Shown: positions 27,577-38,777 of the stretch, piece by piece | Position numbering within the stretch: the first letter of the stretch is position 1 | How the letters are laid out: the number at the start of each line of letters is the position of its first letter | Assembly: GCA_963751455.1 (NCBI GenBank) | Contig: CAVVUN010000012.1 | Location: 32,001 to 96,000 of the forward strand | Source: Nitrospirota bacterium | Lineage (GTDB): Bacteria > Nitrospirota > UBA9217 | Direction of reading: 5' to 3' | DNA: 64,000 nucleotides | Program-made: the position numbers and the translations under genes | Notes under the pieces: generated by a model | Databases searched by the model: none | What the model was told of the DNA's origin: nothing | Seen by the model: the letters and a program-made list of their open reading frames with translations, nothing else

Positions 27577-28581
27577 ATGCCAGAATTGCGAAAAGATCCC
27601 ATTACCGGCCGTTGGGTGATCATTTCATCAGAGCGCGGCAAGCGGCCTGCTGATTTCCGGGACCAGCGTGGGCGGAAACGCGGCGGTTTCTGCCCTTTCG
27701 ATGCCGGCAACGAACGTACCACTCCCGGCGAAGTGCTGGCCTATCGCGGTGACGGCAGCGGCGCCCGGAACGGACCGGGGTGGCGTCTTCGGGTGGTTCC
27801 CAACAAGTTTCCGGCCCTTCAAATCGAGGGCGATCTGAACAAACAGGGCGAAGGCATCTTCGACAAGATGAACGGTATCGGCGCCCACGAGGTCATCATT
27901 GAGACCCCGGACCACGACGCAACGCTTGCGACCCTCCCTCAGAAGGCCGTTGAGGAGGTGCTTTGGGCATACCGCGATCGGATGGAAGACCTGAAGAAGG
28001 ACAAGCGCTTTCAGTATACTTTGATATTCAAGAATGAGGGTTTGACGGCCGGGGCCACACTCGAGCACTCTCATTCGCAGCTGATCGCGCTGCCCATCGT
28101 GCCGATCCAGGTCCAGGAAGAAATCGACGGCTGCAAACGGCACTACGATCTCAAGGAACGGTGTATCTTCTGCGATATCATACGTCAGGAAATGCACCAT
28201 ACCGGCACCCGCGTTGTGCTTGAAACACCCCTTTTTATCGCTCTCGCGCCCTATGCTCCCCGTTTTCCGTTTGAAACGTGGATACTGCCCAAGAAGCACG
28301 TGTCCTGCTATGCCTGCTCTACGAATGAAGACTTCAGGGACCTCGCCGGCCTGCTCCAGAATGTTTTAAAGCGGATCGATAAAGCCCTTTCAAACCCACC
28401 CTACAATTTTGTTATCCACACCTCCCCCTTCAGGGACGAGCGCAACGAGTACTATCACTGGCATATAGAATTCATGCCGAAGCTCACGAGCGTCGCGGGC
28501 TTTGAATGGGGGTCCGGGTTTTATATCAATCCGACGCCTCCCGAGGAAGCGGCGAAATTTCTGCGTGAAATAAAACTATGA
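27577..28581 (+). CDS. galT: Galactose-1-phosphate uridylyltransferase (GalT/ADP-glucose phosphorylase family)
   Basis: MPELRKDP, CPF, VPNKFPAL, GAHEVIIE, LEHSHSQ, YHWHIE. Confidence 0.93.
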   Translation: MPELRKDPITGRWVIISSERGKRPADFRDQRGRKRGGFCPFDAGNERTTPGEVLAYRGDGSGARNGPGWRLRVVPNKFPALQIEGDLNKQGEGIFDKMNGIGAHEVIIETPDHDATLATLPQKAVEEVLWAYRDRMEDLKKDKRFQYTLIFKNEGLTAGATLEHSHSQLIALPIVPIQVQEEIDGCKRHYDLKERCIFCDIIRQEMHHTGTRVVLETPLFIALAPYAPRFPFETWILPKKHVSCYACSTNEDFRDLAGLLQNVLKRIDKALSNPPYNFVIHTSPFRDERNEYYHWHIEFMPKLTSVAGFEWGSGFYINPTPPEEAAKFLREIKL

Positions 28582-30020
28582 AGATACTGTTCGCGACATC
28601 TGAAGCGGTCCCCTTTGCAAAGACCGGCGGGCTGGCAGATGTCGCCGGCAGTCTTCCACAGGCCCTCGCCGCAGCAGGGCATGATGTACGCGTAATCATG
28701 CCGCGCTATCAGGTCGTCGACCGCAAGCGGTTCGGCCTCCGTCATGTCGCGGCATATCATGTAGACCTCGGCTCCTGGCGCGAGCGTTGCGATGTCCTGC
28801 AGAGCGGCATGGGGAAAAACGTTCCGGTCTATTTCCTGGAAAAGGACATTTACTTCGACCGCCCCGGCATCTACGGCACCCGTGCCGGCGATTATCCTGA
28901 CAACGCTGAACGCTTTACCTTCTTCTCGCGGGCCGCACTTGAACTCTGCAAAGCGCTGGACTTTGAGCCCGATATTATCCACTGCAACGACTGGCAGACG
29001 GGGCTCATCCCTCTTTATCTGAAGACATTTTACCGGGGAAAGCCGCCGTTTGAACGGACGAAGTCCGTGTTTACGGTTCATAACCTCGGGTACCAGGGAA
29101 CGTTCTGGCACTGGGACATGCACCTGCTGGGCCTCGGCTGGGAATTCTTCACGCCGGAAGGCATCGAGTTCTGGGGCCATATCAGTTTCCTCAAGGCAGG
29201 GCTCGTTTACTCCGACATCCTTACGACCGTGAGCAGGACGTACAGCCGGGAGATCCAGACAGCGGACTATGGCCACGGGCTTGACGGCGTCCTCGCCCGG
29301 CGCTCTGCGGACCTGTACGGAATAGTGAACGGCATCGACAACGAGCAGTGGGACCCGTCCCGGGATAAAGCGATTGCGACTAAATACGCGGCTGCGCGGC
29401 CCGGGGGCAAGGCGGAATGCAGGAAAGAACTGCTGAAACTTGCGGGTCTGCCGTACGGAAAGCAGCCGGTCATCGGGATGGTGACCCGGCTGGTCGGTCA
29501 GAAGGGTTTCGATATTCTCGCTGAAGCGCTGCCGGAAATCATGTCCCTCGGCGTACAACTCGTCATCCTTGGAACCGGCGAAGAACAATACGAACGCATC
29601 CTGACAGAGACAGCCGAGCGATACCCGGAACAGCTCCGGGTGCTGCTGCGGTATGATGAAACGATCTCCAAAAAAATCTACGCCGGATCGGACATGTTCC
29701 TCATGCCTTCCCGGTATGAGCCGTGCGGCCTCGGCCAGCTGATTGCACTCAGGTACGGAACAGTGCCGGTCGTGAGGAAAACCGGCGGACTCGCTGATAC
29801 CGTGAAAAATTACAGTGCCACCGGGCAGGGCACCGGGTTCGTGTTCGAAAAGTATACGCCTGAGGCTCTCGTCAAGTGCCTCGCTCGTGCAGTGTCGGTG
29901 TACGGCCAGACAGGGAAATGGCGGCAGCTCGTGCAATGCTGCATGAAGCAGGATTTTTCCTGGGAGCGTTCCGCCGGGGAATACGTGAAGGTGTATCGGA
30001 AAGCGCTAAAGAAAAAATAA
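28578..30020 (+). CDS. glgA: Glycogen synthase
   Basis: KTGGLADV, HCNDWQ, HNLGYQG, PSRYEPCGLGQ. Confidence 0.96.
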   Translation: MKILFATSEAVPFAKTGGLADVAGSLPQALAAAGHDVRVIMPRYQVVDRKRFGLRHVAAYHVDLGSWRERCDVLQSGMGKNVPVYFLEKDIYFDRPGIYGTRAGDYPDNAERFTFFSRAALELCKALDFEPDIIHCNDWQTGLIPLYLKTFYRGKPPFERTKSVFTVHNLGYQGTFWHWDMHLLGLGWEFFTPEGIEFWGHISFLKAGLVYSDILTTVSRTYSREIQTADYGHGLDGVLARRSADLYGIVNGIDNEQWDPSRDKAIATKYAAARPGGKAECRKELLKLAGLPYGKQPVIGMVTRLVGQKGFDILAEALPEIMSLGVQLVILGTGEEQYERILTETAERYPEQLRVLLRYDETISKKIYAGSDMFLMPSRYEPCGLGQLIALRYGTVPVVRKTGGLADTVKNYSATGQGTGFVFEKYTPEALVKCLARAVSVYGQTGKWRQLVQCCMKQDFSWERSAGEYVKVYRKALKKK

Positions 30021-30210
30021 TAATTAATAACCACAGGTCCGCTTCGCTGACACACGGGTAAACACAGATTAAAGCCTCAAGAAACAATCGAAAATATTCT
30101 TTAGAATTCATCTGTGCGTTCCGACAAAGTCGGAACCCGTGTTAATTTGCTTGTACCCAGCGCTTACGAGTGCTGTCAGCGCGAGTGCAGGGTGTGGTTA
30201 ATAAACCATC

Positions 30211-32593
30211 ATGGAAACGACCTATAAAACCGAACTCACCATACTGAACGAGATCAGCAGGATCTCGAACTCGTACATCGATCTTTCCGAGAAGCTCCGG
30301 CGCATCATCGACGTCATAGCACGGGGCATGGGGAAGGACGGCGCCTCCGTGTTCCTGATCGACAGGTCCAGAAAAACGGTCACGCTCACAGCCGCTGTCG
30401 GCCTGAACCAGGAGAGCATCGGGAAAATGAGTTTTCCCATCGGTTCAGGGATTGCGGGCTGGGTCGCCGAACAGAAAGTGCCGCTTGCGCTCGAAGATCC
30501 GTATACCGATCCGCGGTTCCAGTATGTTCCCGAATCGGGGATCGAGAAATTCAAATCCCTGGTTGCAGCGCCCATCATGGATGAAGACAGGTGTCTCGGG
30601 GTCATCTTCGTTCTGTCTCTTTCGACCTGGCAGGCCGTGTCTTCGGAGCTGACGCTGCTGACCACCACGGCGAACCAGCTGAGCGGAGTGATCAAGAGCT
30701 CACAGCTGTTCCAGAGCATCCAGGAAAGGCTGTCCGAGCTGGCCACCATATATGAAATCGGCATGGCGCTCACCTCGACGCTCGACCTCGAGCAGCTGCT
30801 GTCGCTCATTGCCAAAAACAGCACGCAGTCAGTACGCGCGCAGGGCTGCACCATCCGGCTCGTAAACGAGCCCGACGTCGTCTCCCGGACGAGCTACTCG
30901 TCGTTCAGTCCGCTTGACGGAATGATCAGGGAAATGGACGCCCGGATCGGCAAAATCATAACCGAGCGCGTAGTGCGGGAGAAAAAGCCGCTCCTCATAC
31001 AAAATGTCGCGAATGAGCAGTCCCTCGCGCGCGGGGTAAAACTGTCCGCCGGATCCGTGATCAGCGTTCCGCTCATTTTCCATGAAAGGCTGATCGGCGT
31101 CATAACCCTCTATAACCGGGAGGAAGAACAGCCGTTCACGGAAGACGATCTCCAGTTTCTGACGACCGTTGCGAGCAGCGCCGCGGTTGCGGTTGAGAAT
31201 GCGGCGATGTACGAGCGCATGGAGGAGCTGGCAAAGCAGGCTCGCACCCGGGCGCAGGAGCTTTCCATCCTCTATGACATCGGCACCGCAATGAGTGCCA
31301 CGCTCAACCTTGACCGCCTGCTCAGGATCATCCTGACCGCCGCGACGATGGGCGGCACCGGGCTCGGATTCAACCGCGCGATCCTCCTCCTTACGAACGA
31401 GCGCACCAACACGCTCCAGGGCATGATGGGCGTGGGTCCGACCAACTGGGAAGAAGCGGGCCGCGCCTGGAGCGAGGTCGCCAACAGGCATAGAAGCCTG
31501 ATGGAATGGATCCAGACCGGCGAGCTTTTCGAGCACAAGGATTCGGCGCTCAACAACCTGGCGAAGCGGATCCGGATTTTTCTCGACCCCGCCGAGGGAG
31601 TGCTCGCGCTTACCGTGCTCGAGAAACGCGCCTATAACATTACGGATGCGGTCGTAAACCGGCTGGTGCCTGCCTCGCTTCGGAACATCCTCCATGTGGA
31701 GAGTTTTGCGACGGTGCCCCTCGTCGCCAAGGACCGCGTCATCGGCGTCATTCTCGTAGACAACATGTTCAATCAGCGTCCGATCACGGACGGCGACCTG
31801 CGCTTTCTCACTATGTTTGCGCACCAGGCTGCGCTCGCCATTGAAAATGCAGTCATCCATTCGAACCTTGAAACCATGAACAAGGACATGCGGGCAATGC
31901 ACGAGCAGCTCGTTCAGTCCGAAAAAATGGCCGCGCTCGGGGCCATGATGGCCGAGATCACCCACGAGATCAGGAACCCGCTCGTGTCCATCGGCGGCTT
32001 CACGAGGAGGCTGGCAAAGAAGCTCCAGAGCGGGGAGGACAAAAAATACATCGATATCATATTGAGCGAAGTGGGCCGCCTCGAAGACGATCATCCACGA
32101 TAACCTGTCCTACATCAAGGAAGCGGCCCCCCAAATGGCCGAGGGGGACCTCAATAGCGTCATTCAGGACATTCTCACTCTGTATGAAGACGAATTGACG
32201 CAACGCCGGATCATCATCGAAAAGGATTTTTGCGGGAACCTTCCACTCATGAAGTTTGACGGGCAGCAGCTGAAACAGGCGATAATCAATATAATAAAGA
32301 ACGCGATGGAGGCAATGGAAAACGGCGGCACCTTGACCCTCAGGACCTGCTCCCTTCCGGACACGGGAGAAGCAGCCATTGAAATCGGAGACACCGGCCA
32401 CGGCATTTCGGCAAAGGCTATGAATAATGTCTTTAACCCCTACTATACGACAAAACCGCGCGGTACGGGCCTCGGATTGCCGATTACGAACAGGATCGTC
32501 AAGGCCCATAAGGGCAAGATTGAAATGCGTAATAAACTGACGGGCGGCGCCGTCTTTACGATCAAACTGCCTGTACTGGCCCATAAGGAGTAA
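30211..32593 (+). CDS. Multi-GAF sensor histidine kinase with a +1 frameshift near 32085 (pseudogene or sequencing error)
   Basis: Three GAF domains, H-box THEIRNPL; HATPase N/G boxes (NAMEAM, DTGHG, GTGLGL) continue in the next frame. Confidence 0.85.
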
Positions 32594-32802
32594 TTACCAG
32601 GCGAAGGATCCCAAGAAATAATTTTACCTTTTCTAGTGGAGCCCCCTCCGGCAGGAGCCGGAGGATTGCAAGTCGCGGGATTCATGACTCACGATTTCCT
32701 TCGCGCTCTTTGCGTCTTGGCGGTAAATGATCTATACAAAATCTCTCTTGCGACCGCGCATATAATGCGATACGATATATATAACAGGAAGGCGGGGTGT
32801 TT

Positions 32803-33153
32803 ATGAAGAAGGTCCTTGTTGTAGATGACGAAGCCAATATACGGGAGCTCTATAAAGAAGAATTCGAAGATATGGGATACGAGGTAACAACCGTGGATGA
32901 CGGAGTCCAGGCGCTTGCCGTTCTCGAAACCGCCAAATTCGATCTCGTAACGCTTGACATGCGGATGCCGGACATGGACGGCATCGAGACCCTTCGCAAA
33001 ATGAAAGAAAAGGACAGCACGCTTCCCATTATTATCAGCACTGCCTACGAGGAGTATAAGCATGACTTCGGGAGCTGGTGCTCGGACGCCTATGTTGTCA
33101 AGTCCGCGGACACGTCGCTTCTGCGCGAGACTGTGAAAAAGATCCTCGGATGA
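32803..33153 (+). CDS. Single-domain response regulator (CheY-like)
   Basis: VVDDE, LDMRMPDMDG, STAY, VVK. Confidence 0.92.
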   Translation: MKKVLVVDDEANIRELYKEEFEDMGYEVTTVDDGVQALAVLETAKFDLVTLDMRMPDMDGIETLRKMKEKDSTLPIIISTAYEEYKHDFGSWCSDAYVVKSADTSLLRETVKKILG

Positions 33154-34439
33154 AAGAGCGGGCGGAAGTTCGGATAGAGAAGATGGTTTACGGGGGCAAC
33201 GCCTTGGCCCGGCTCGACGGCAGCGAGACTGTTTTTGTCCCGGGCGCGCTTCCCGGAGAACGGGCACTCATCGAAATCACACGGAGGAAAAAAGGCTTCT
33301 ACGAGTCCCGCCTGGTGAATATTTTAGACCCGTCCGTTGACCGGATCAGCCCGCCCTGCAGCGGCGACAAGGAATGCACCGGCGCAACCTGGTCGTACAT
33401 CTCCTACCCTGCCCAGCTCCGGTTCAAACAGGAAATTCTGCAGGAAACGCTGAAAAGAATAGGCGGTATGGAGCCCATCCGCCCCTTGCCGATTCTCGCC
33501 TCTCCCCGCACGGAACACTACCGGCTCCGCACTCAATTTAACGTGAGAACGAAAGACGGTACACAGCGAATCGGTTTTTTTCGCCAGGGCTCCTACGATC
33601 TGATAGAAGTTGAAAACGCCTTCCTGATACACCCCGTTATTGAAAAAGTCCTGGGAAACCTCAGAATGCTTTCTGCGGAACTCCCTGCCCTGCAGGAAAT
33701 CCATATAAACGCCACGCCCACGGGCGAGGCGCATCTGCTCTTCTTCAGTGCACAGAACACGCTTGCGCCTTTGGATTCTTTTTTCTCCAGGCTCAAGCTG
33801 CACGCGCCCGAGGTCGTCGGCATCACCGGGTTTGCGGGCAGGAAAAAGGCATTCAGCCTGGGCAGGAACAGCTTGAACCTCGAAGTCGAAGGGTTGAAGC
33901 TGGTTGCAACCGAGGGTAATTTTTTTCAGGTGAACTGGGAGCAGAACAGGAACATGGTCCGCACGGTCCTGGATTTCGCGGAACTATCCGGAAAAGAGAC
34001 CGTACTGGACCTGTACTGCGGCATCGGAAACTTCAGTCTTCCGCTCGCAAAAAGAGCGAAGGCCGTGATCGGCATTGAATCGGGATATTCCGCGATAGTG
34101 GACGCAAAGGCAAACGCAGAACGGAACAAGATCGCGAACACGGAATTCATCGCGGATGACATGCAGAAGGGATTGAAAACGCTGATCCAGCGAAAAATGC
34201 GGGCGGATGTGATCGTGCTCGACCCTCCCCGGGCCGGAGCCACCCTGAAGACCATTGAACGCGTGCTCGCCTTTGTCCCGCAGAAGATAATTTACGTCTC
34301 GTGCAACCCCTCCACCCTCGCCAGGGACTTGAAATTTTTCCATCTCTTCGGCTTCCGTCTCGACCGCCTCCAGCCTTTGGACATGTTCCCTTATACTTAC
34401 CATATAGAATGCGTCGCGGAAATGGTGAGGACAGAATAG
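33150..34439 (+). CDS. rlmD: 23S rRNA (uracil-C5)-methyltransferase, RlmD/TrmA family
   Basis: TRAM domain, FFQVN, LDLYCGIGNF, LDPPRAG, YVSCNPSTLARDL, DMFPYTYHIE. Confidence 0.92.
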   Translation: MKERAEVRIEKMVYGGNALARLDGSETVFVPGALPGERALIEITRRKKGFYESRLVNILDPSVDRISPPCSGDKECTGATWSYISYPAQLRFKQEILQETLKRIGGMEPIRPLPILASPRTEHYRLRTQFNVRTKDGTQRIGFFRQGSYDLIEVENAFLIHPVIEKVLGNLRMLSAELPALQEIHINATPTGEAHLLFFSAQNTLAPLDSFFSRLKLHAPEVVGITGFAGRKKAFSLGRNSLNLEVEGLKLVATEGNFFQVNWEQNRNMVRTVLDFAELSGKETVLDLYCGIGNFSLPLAKRAKAVIGIESGYSAIVDAKANAERNKIANTEFIADDMQKGLKTLIQRKMRADVIVLDPPRAGATLKTIERVLAFVPQKIIYVSCNPSTLARDLKFFHLFGFRLDRLQPLDMFPYTYHIECVAEMVRTE

Positions 34440-34559
34440 CCGCAAGCGCGGCGGCTTCTCCAAAAAGTCATCAAATCCTAGCAGAAGAGTAAAGTCCTTG
34501 TTTTTTCTGCACAGGCATTCTGCTAAACAAGTTAGCCAGCACGGAGCTGCCCAAAAGAA

Positions 34560-34810
34560 AATAGATCATGAACGTCATGCCATGAAGTTCCAGATCCTTG
34601 TCTTTTTTCTGCACCGCCGCTCGCATCGCCGCGCAGACATGCCAGAGTGTCTTCAATTGTACTTGCCGAAACAGCCGCCCATTGCGCTGAGCTTCGCTGC
34701 GCTTCGCACGCGCATGCATGATTTATGGTTTACCGACTCTGCTACCGGTCATGGTAATGCGCGGACGCTGCTCACGGGATGCAGGGGGTTCTTGAAAAGC
34801 GTGAGAAAAA
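34560..34810 (+). repeat. About 250-bp non-coding element, copy A
   Basis: Blocks CCTTGTcTTTTTTCTGCACCGCCG, CATGCCAGA, GCTTCGCTG and CACGGGATGCAGGGGGTTCT recur inverted at 36960-37210. Confidence 0.65.
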
Positions 34811-34858
34811 ACTGCAAAACGATTTTTGTTTACTCCTACGCCGAACAGGTAGGCAACT

Positions 34859-36169
34859 TCAATGGCTGGACGCCGTCTTTTTCTTCTTTTTTAGCGTGTT
34901 CTTCTTTTTCTGCGCCTGGGATGGCTGTTCTTTTTTGTGTTTGATCGAAGCGGCCCGCGATAAGGACAGTGTCGGCGTTTGAGAAGAAGCAAGTGTGTCC
35001 GTGGCCGGGCTGGCACTTCCTGAAGATTTGAGCAGGTTCTCATTGGAATTGACTGAAGAAACAGGCGAGACTGATGTGGTCGGCTCAGGTTGAGTAACCA
35101 GCAGAGGTTGGGATGCCGCAGAAGCAGGCTCAGTTGCCGGAACCGTGACGGGAACTTCGGATTTAGTCCGCAGATAATAGAAGCCGGCGCCGGAAACAGC
35201 TGACAAAAGCAAAACTGCTGCTGCCGCTTGTCTCAACCATCCACGCCTCGGCAGGCTGCCGGTAATAATGAGGGTCTCCTGGTCCGTTGCAGGCTCGATC
35301 ACCTTCTGCGAAACAAGATACTCCGTGATCCGCAGGAGCGAAGCCGCTTTCGTTGTTTTGCCCGCCAGCCTCTTCCCGAGCTTTTTCTCTATATCCAGCA
35401 TAGATCCGAAGCGTTTTTGCGGCTTCTTATTTAGACATTTTTTGACGATCCGCTGGACACTTCTGGGTATGTCGCTGTTTATGCGGCGCGGAGGAACAAA
35501 TTTGTCTTTCAGTATCTTCGCACTCACCGCCCGCGTGTCCTCGTCAACAAAGGGCTTCGTCCCGGTGAGCATCTCGTACAGGACAATGCCGAATGAGAAA
35601 ACATCCGAGCGAATATCAAGATTCTGGCCGACGATCTGCTCGGGCGACATGTAGGCAGGCGTCCCCACGACGGTCCCCGGTATGGTGAGCGCTTCAAGAT
35701 TCCTTGTATGCGCGATCCCGAAATCCATCAGCTTGACCTCGCCGTTCCGCTTGACCATGATATTGCTCGGTTTGATGTCGCGGTGAATAAGGCCTCGCAT
35801 GTGGGCATAATCAAGGGCGCTGCAGACCTGCATCGCGATCATGATCGATATGTCCACGGGAAGCCCGCCGGCCTTCTCGATGATCTCGGCCAGGTTCGTG
35901 CCGTCCACATATTCCATCACGATGCAATAGTTCGGTTTCTTCCAGTAATCATAGATATGGACGATATTCTCGTGCTGGAGCGAGGCGGCCACGATGCTCT
36001 CCCGCTCAAAGCGCCGGACTATCTGATGGTCCGCATGGTAGCCTTTCTTCAGTTCTTTGATCGCAACCGGCCTGTTGAGCGACTTCTGCAGGGCCTTGTG
36101 CACAATGGCCATGCCTCCTGCGCCGATCTCCTCGATTATTTCATATTCGTCTTTAATCTGTCTGGGCAT
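34859..36169 (-). CDS. Hanks-type Ser/Thr protein kinase with TM helix and low-complexity tail
   Basis: IGAGGMA, VAIK, IHRDIKPSN, DFGIA, GTPAYMSPEQ. Confidence 0.95.
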   Translation of the reverse strand: MPRQIKDEYEIIEEIGAGGMAIVHKALQKSLNRPVAIKELKKGYHADHQIVRRFERESIVAASLQHENIVHIYDYWKKPNYCIVMEYVDGTNLAEIIEKAGGLPVDISIMIAMQVCSALDYAHMRGLIHRDIKPSNIMVKRNGEVKLMDFGIAHTRNLEALTIPGTVVGTPAYMSPEQIVGQNLDIRSDVFSFGIVLYEMLTGTKPFVDEDTRAVSAKILKDKFVPPRRINSDIPRSVQRIVKKCLNKKPQKRFGSMLDIEKKLGKRLAGKTTKAASLLRITEYLVSQKVIEPATDQETLIITGSLPRRGWLRQAAAAVLLLSAVSGAGFYYLRTKSEVPVTVPATEPASAASQPLLVTQPEPTTSVSPVSSVNSNENLLKSSGSASPATDTLASSQTPTLSLSRAASIKHKKEQPSQAQKKKNTLKKKKKTASSH

Positions 36170-36434
36170 AAAAGTCTTGAATCCTAAATCACGCGAAGCC
36201 ACTCTTTTGAACCGCGAAGTCGCGCCCTGCACTCCCGCATTCGGAAGTCTTAGAATCATTGTTGTACCATCTCGCTTAGTAACGCGAGACGGGAATCAAG
36301 GGCCTCATAAACGCTGGGTGCAAGCGAAGGACGCTAAGGTTTTAATACTCTTAAAATTCGAATTTAGGCTTTCTTAGCGCTCTTAGCGCCCTCGCGGTGA
36401 AAGCTTTTGATGTTCGAAAGCGCTTTTCCCGATT

Positions 36435-36833
36435 CTATTCGATTTCGTACGTCGTATTGCGGGGATTATCCTGGAGGATAAACTGGAAGGTCGTGTCCCC
36501 GACACGGAACTTGTCTCCATGGCGCAGGTTCGCCTGCTTGATGAAGGCCCCGTTCATGAGCGTGCCGTTTTTGCTGTCCAGGTCCTTCAATATATAGCTG
36601 TGGTCAAGGTACACGATAACGGCGTGCCGGCGGGACATATGAGCATCCGCTGGCGCGATATCAGCGTCCTTGTCTCTCCCGATGACGGTATAGGTTTTGG
36701 CAACCGTATACTCCATGCCCTTTACCTGCCCGTCCACAATCACAAGCGAGGCCTGCAGCCGTTCGGGAATTTTCTCCGTCGGCCCCGGATTGCCGATCCG
36801 GGTTGCGTCATCCCGTCCGTCGGAATTCTTCAT
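36435..36833 (-). CDS. FHA domain protein
   Basis: IGR, SRRHA, DLDSKNGT, LRHGD. Confidence 0.9.
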   Translation of the reverse strand: MKNSDGRDDATRIGNPGPTEKIPERLQASLVIVDGQVKGMEYTVAKTYTVIGRDKDADIAPADAHMSRRHAVIVYLDHSYILKDLDSKNGTLMNGAFIKQANLRHGDKFRVGDTTFQFILQDNPRNTTYEIE

Positions 36834-36959
36834 AAAAATCCCCCCGTAAAAGTAATGATAAGGCACGACCCGGAAAACGTCAAGGTCAAGATCACAACGT
36901 AACTACTTATATATGAGCTTCAAGTATTTTTTGGGCGAATCATATGATCAAACCTCTTT

Positions 36960-37210
36960 TATTCTCAACCGCCTTTCCAGAACCCCCTGCATCCCGTGAA
37001 CAGGTACATGCTTTGCCATGCGTGAAAAAACATTATGATAGTCAATGAGGCCAAAACAGCACAGCGGAGCACAGCGAAGCGTGAGTGCTGCGGGTAGGTG
37101 AACTAGTCAATAAGGCCTGCAAGCAATCTGGCATGCTTGCATGGACCTGTGAACGGCGGTGCAGAAAAAAAACAAGGGTCTTGAACACCTTGGCCATGCT
37201 GTTCAGTATC
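36960..37210 (-). repeat. About 250-bp non-coding element, copy B (inverted relative to copy A)
   Basis: Reverse complement matches 34560-34810 block by block. Confidence 0.65.
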
Positions 37211-37295
37211 TTTTTTTGAGATCCTTCTCAAAACCACGGCTCTCTTATGTTTATTTTCAATTTCCGCTTCGCGAACGATATGATACAATATCGGC

Positions 37296-38606
37296 ATGAA
37301 GAAAACCGACAAGACCCGGGTCCTTGGCACCAGCCAAAAACTGCTCGTACTCAAGAAGGCGAGGTTCACGGTAATAAAGGGCACGGACAAGGGCAAAGAG
37401 CTCGTACTCCAGAACGCCCTGGTATCTATCGGAACGCTTCCGACGAACGATCTTGTCATCACGGATACTACTGTTTCGCGGACCCACGCCGAGGTCGAAG
37501 AAAAAAGCGGCGGCTACGTCATCCGGGACTTGGACAGCACAAACGGCACGTTTCTGGAAGGCCTCAGCGTGCGCGAGGCCTTTCTCACCCCCGGGTCCGT
37601 CATCCGCCTCGGAGAAACCGAAATTATCTTTTCCCCGGTGGAAGAATGCATCGAAATTCCGACAAGCAATGCAGAAAGCTTCGGCGAGCTTACAGGCTCG
37701 TCATCCCCCATGCAGGAAATCTACGGTATTCTTGAGCGCGTCTCTCCCACAGACGTTACCGTGCTTATCGAGGGAGAAACCGGCACCGGCAAGGAACTGG
37801 CAGCGCGAGCCATCCATCGCCACAGCAAGCGAGCGGACGGCCCCTTTGTCGTGTTCGACTGCGGCGCCGTTGCCCCGAACCTGATCGAGAGCGAGCTGTT
37901 CGGCCACGAGAAAGGCGCTTTCACGGACGCAGCCAGGTTCCGCCAGGGCGTGTTCGAACTCGCTGACAACGGGACCATCTTCCTGGATGAGATCGGCGAA
38001 CTTTCCCTGGACCTTCAACCCAAGCTCCTCCGCGCCCTCGATCAGCGTGAAGCCAAGCGGATCGGCAGCGACAAGCCGGTAAGCTTCAATGTAAGGGTAA
38101 TTGCTGCCACGAACAGGGACCTTGAAAAAGAAGTGAAGGCAGGACAATTCCGCGAGGACCTCTTCTACCGCCTCTCGGTCGTGCGCGTGTCCATGCCGCC
38201 CTTGCGAAAACGGAAAGAGGATATAGAAACAATAGCCTCCGATCTGCTCGCGGGAATCTCGAAAGAAATCGGTAAAAAAATTACAGGCCTTTCTTCGGAA
38301 GCAGGGGCCGCTCTCAGCGCTTATGCCTGGCCCGGGAACGTGAGGGAACTAAGAAACATTCTTGGTCGCGCAGCCGCCCTGTGCAACGGAGACCGGATCG
38401 AGGCGCGGGACCTCTTCCTCACCCAGAAAAAGAAGAGCGCCACCCTGGACGGCCTGAGCGGCAAGACCCTCGAAGAGATCGAAAAGGCCGCGATCCAGGC
38501 GACCCTCAAATCGGCCAATGGAAACAAAACCGAAGCCGCAAAGGTCCTGGGCATCGCCTATTCCACGCTGTATGAAAAGATGAAAAAGTACGGGATGAGG
38601 GAGTAG
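37296..38606 (+). CDS. FHA-domain sigma54-dependent enhancer-binding protein (Fis HTH)
   Basis: N-terminal FHA ([13 protein letters not shown]); [38 protein letters not shown]; C-terminal HTH. Confidence 0.95.
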   Translation: MKKTDKTRVLGTSQKLLVLKKARFTVIKGTDKGKELVLQNALVSIGTLPTNDLVITDTTVSRTHAEVEEKSGGYVIRDLDSTNGTFLEGLSVREAFLTPGSVIRLGETEIIFSPVEECIEIPTSNAESFGELTGSSSPMQEIYGILERVSPTDVTVLIEGETGTGKELAARAIHRHSKRADGPFVVFDCGAVAPNLIESELFGHEKGAFTDAARFRQGVFELADNGTIFLDEIGELSLDLQPKLLRALDQREAKRIGSDKPVSFNVRVIAATNRDLEKEVKAGQFREDLFYRLSVVRVSMPPLRKRKEDIETIASDLLAGISKEIGKKITGLSSEAGAALSAYAWPGNVRELRNILGRAAALCNGDRIEARDLFLTQKKKSATLDGLSGKTLEEIEKAAIQATLKSANGNKTEAAKVLGIAYSTLYEKMKKYGMRE

Positions 38607-38777
38607 AGAGGACTGCGGCACTAGAAGGAAAAGGTCTCAAAACGTCAAAACGCACCCTAAAGGGTGCGGCTACCAATTATAAAATCAATGCGTTACGATT
38701 TGGTAGTCGCAGGCTTTAGCCTGCGTAATTAGTTTTTCAACAGCCTGCTATATTGTCAAACATTGAAAGGAGACATT

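Noticed and set aside
28521-29936. Long antisense ORFs (e.g. 471 aa opposite glgA, 421 aa opposite the kinase, 288 aa opposite IS1182)
   Set aside because: Shadow frames of GC-rich genes with no recognisable motifs
34498-34944. 148-aa ORF between rlmD and the kinase
   Set aside because: No recognisable domain; overlaps the non-coding inverted element, whose second copy keeps no matching ORF
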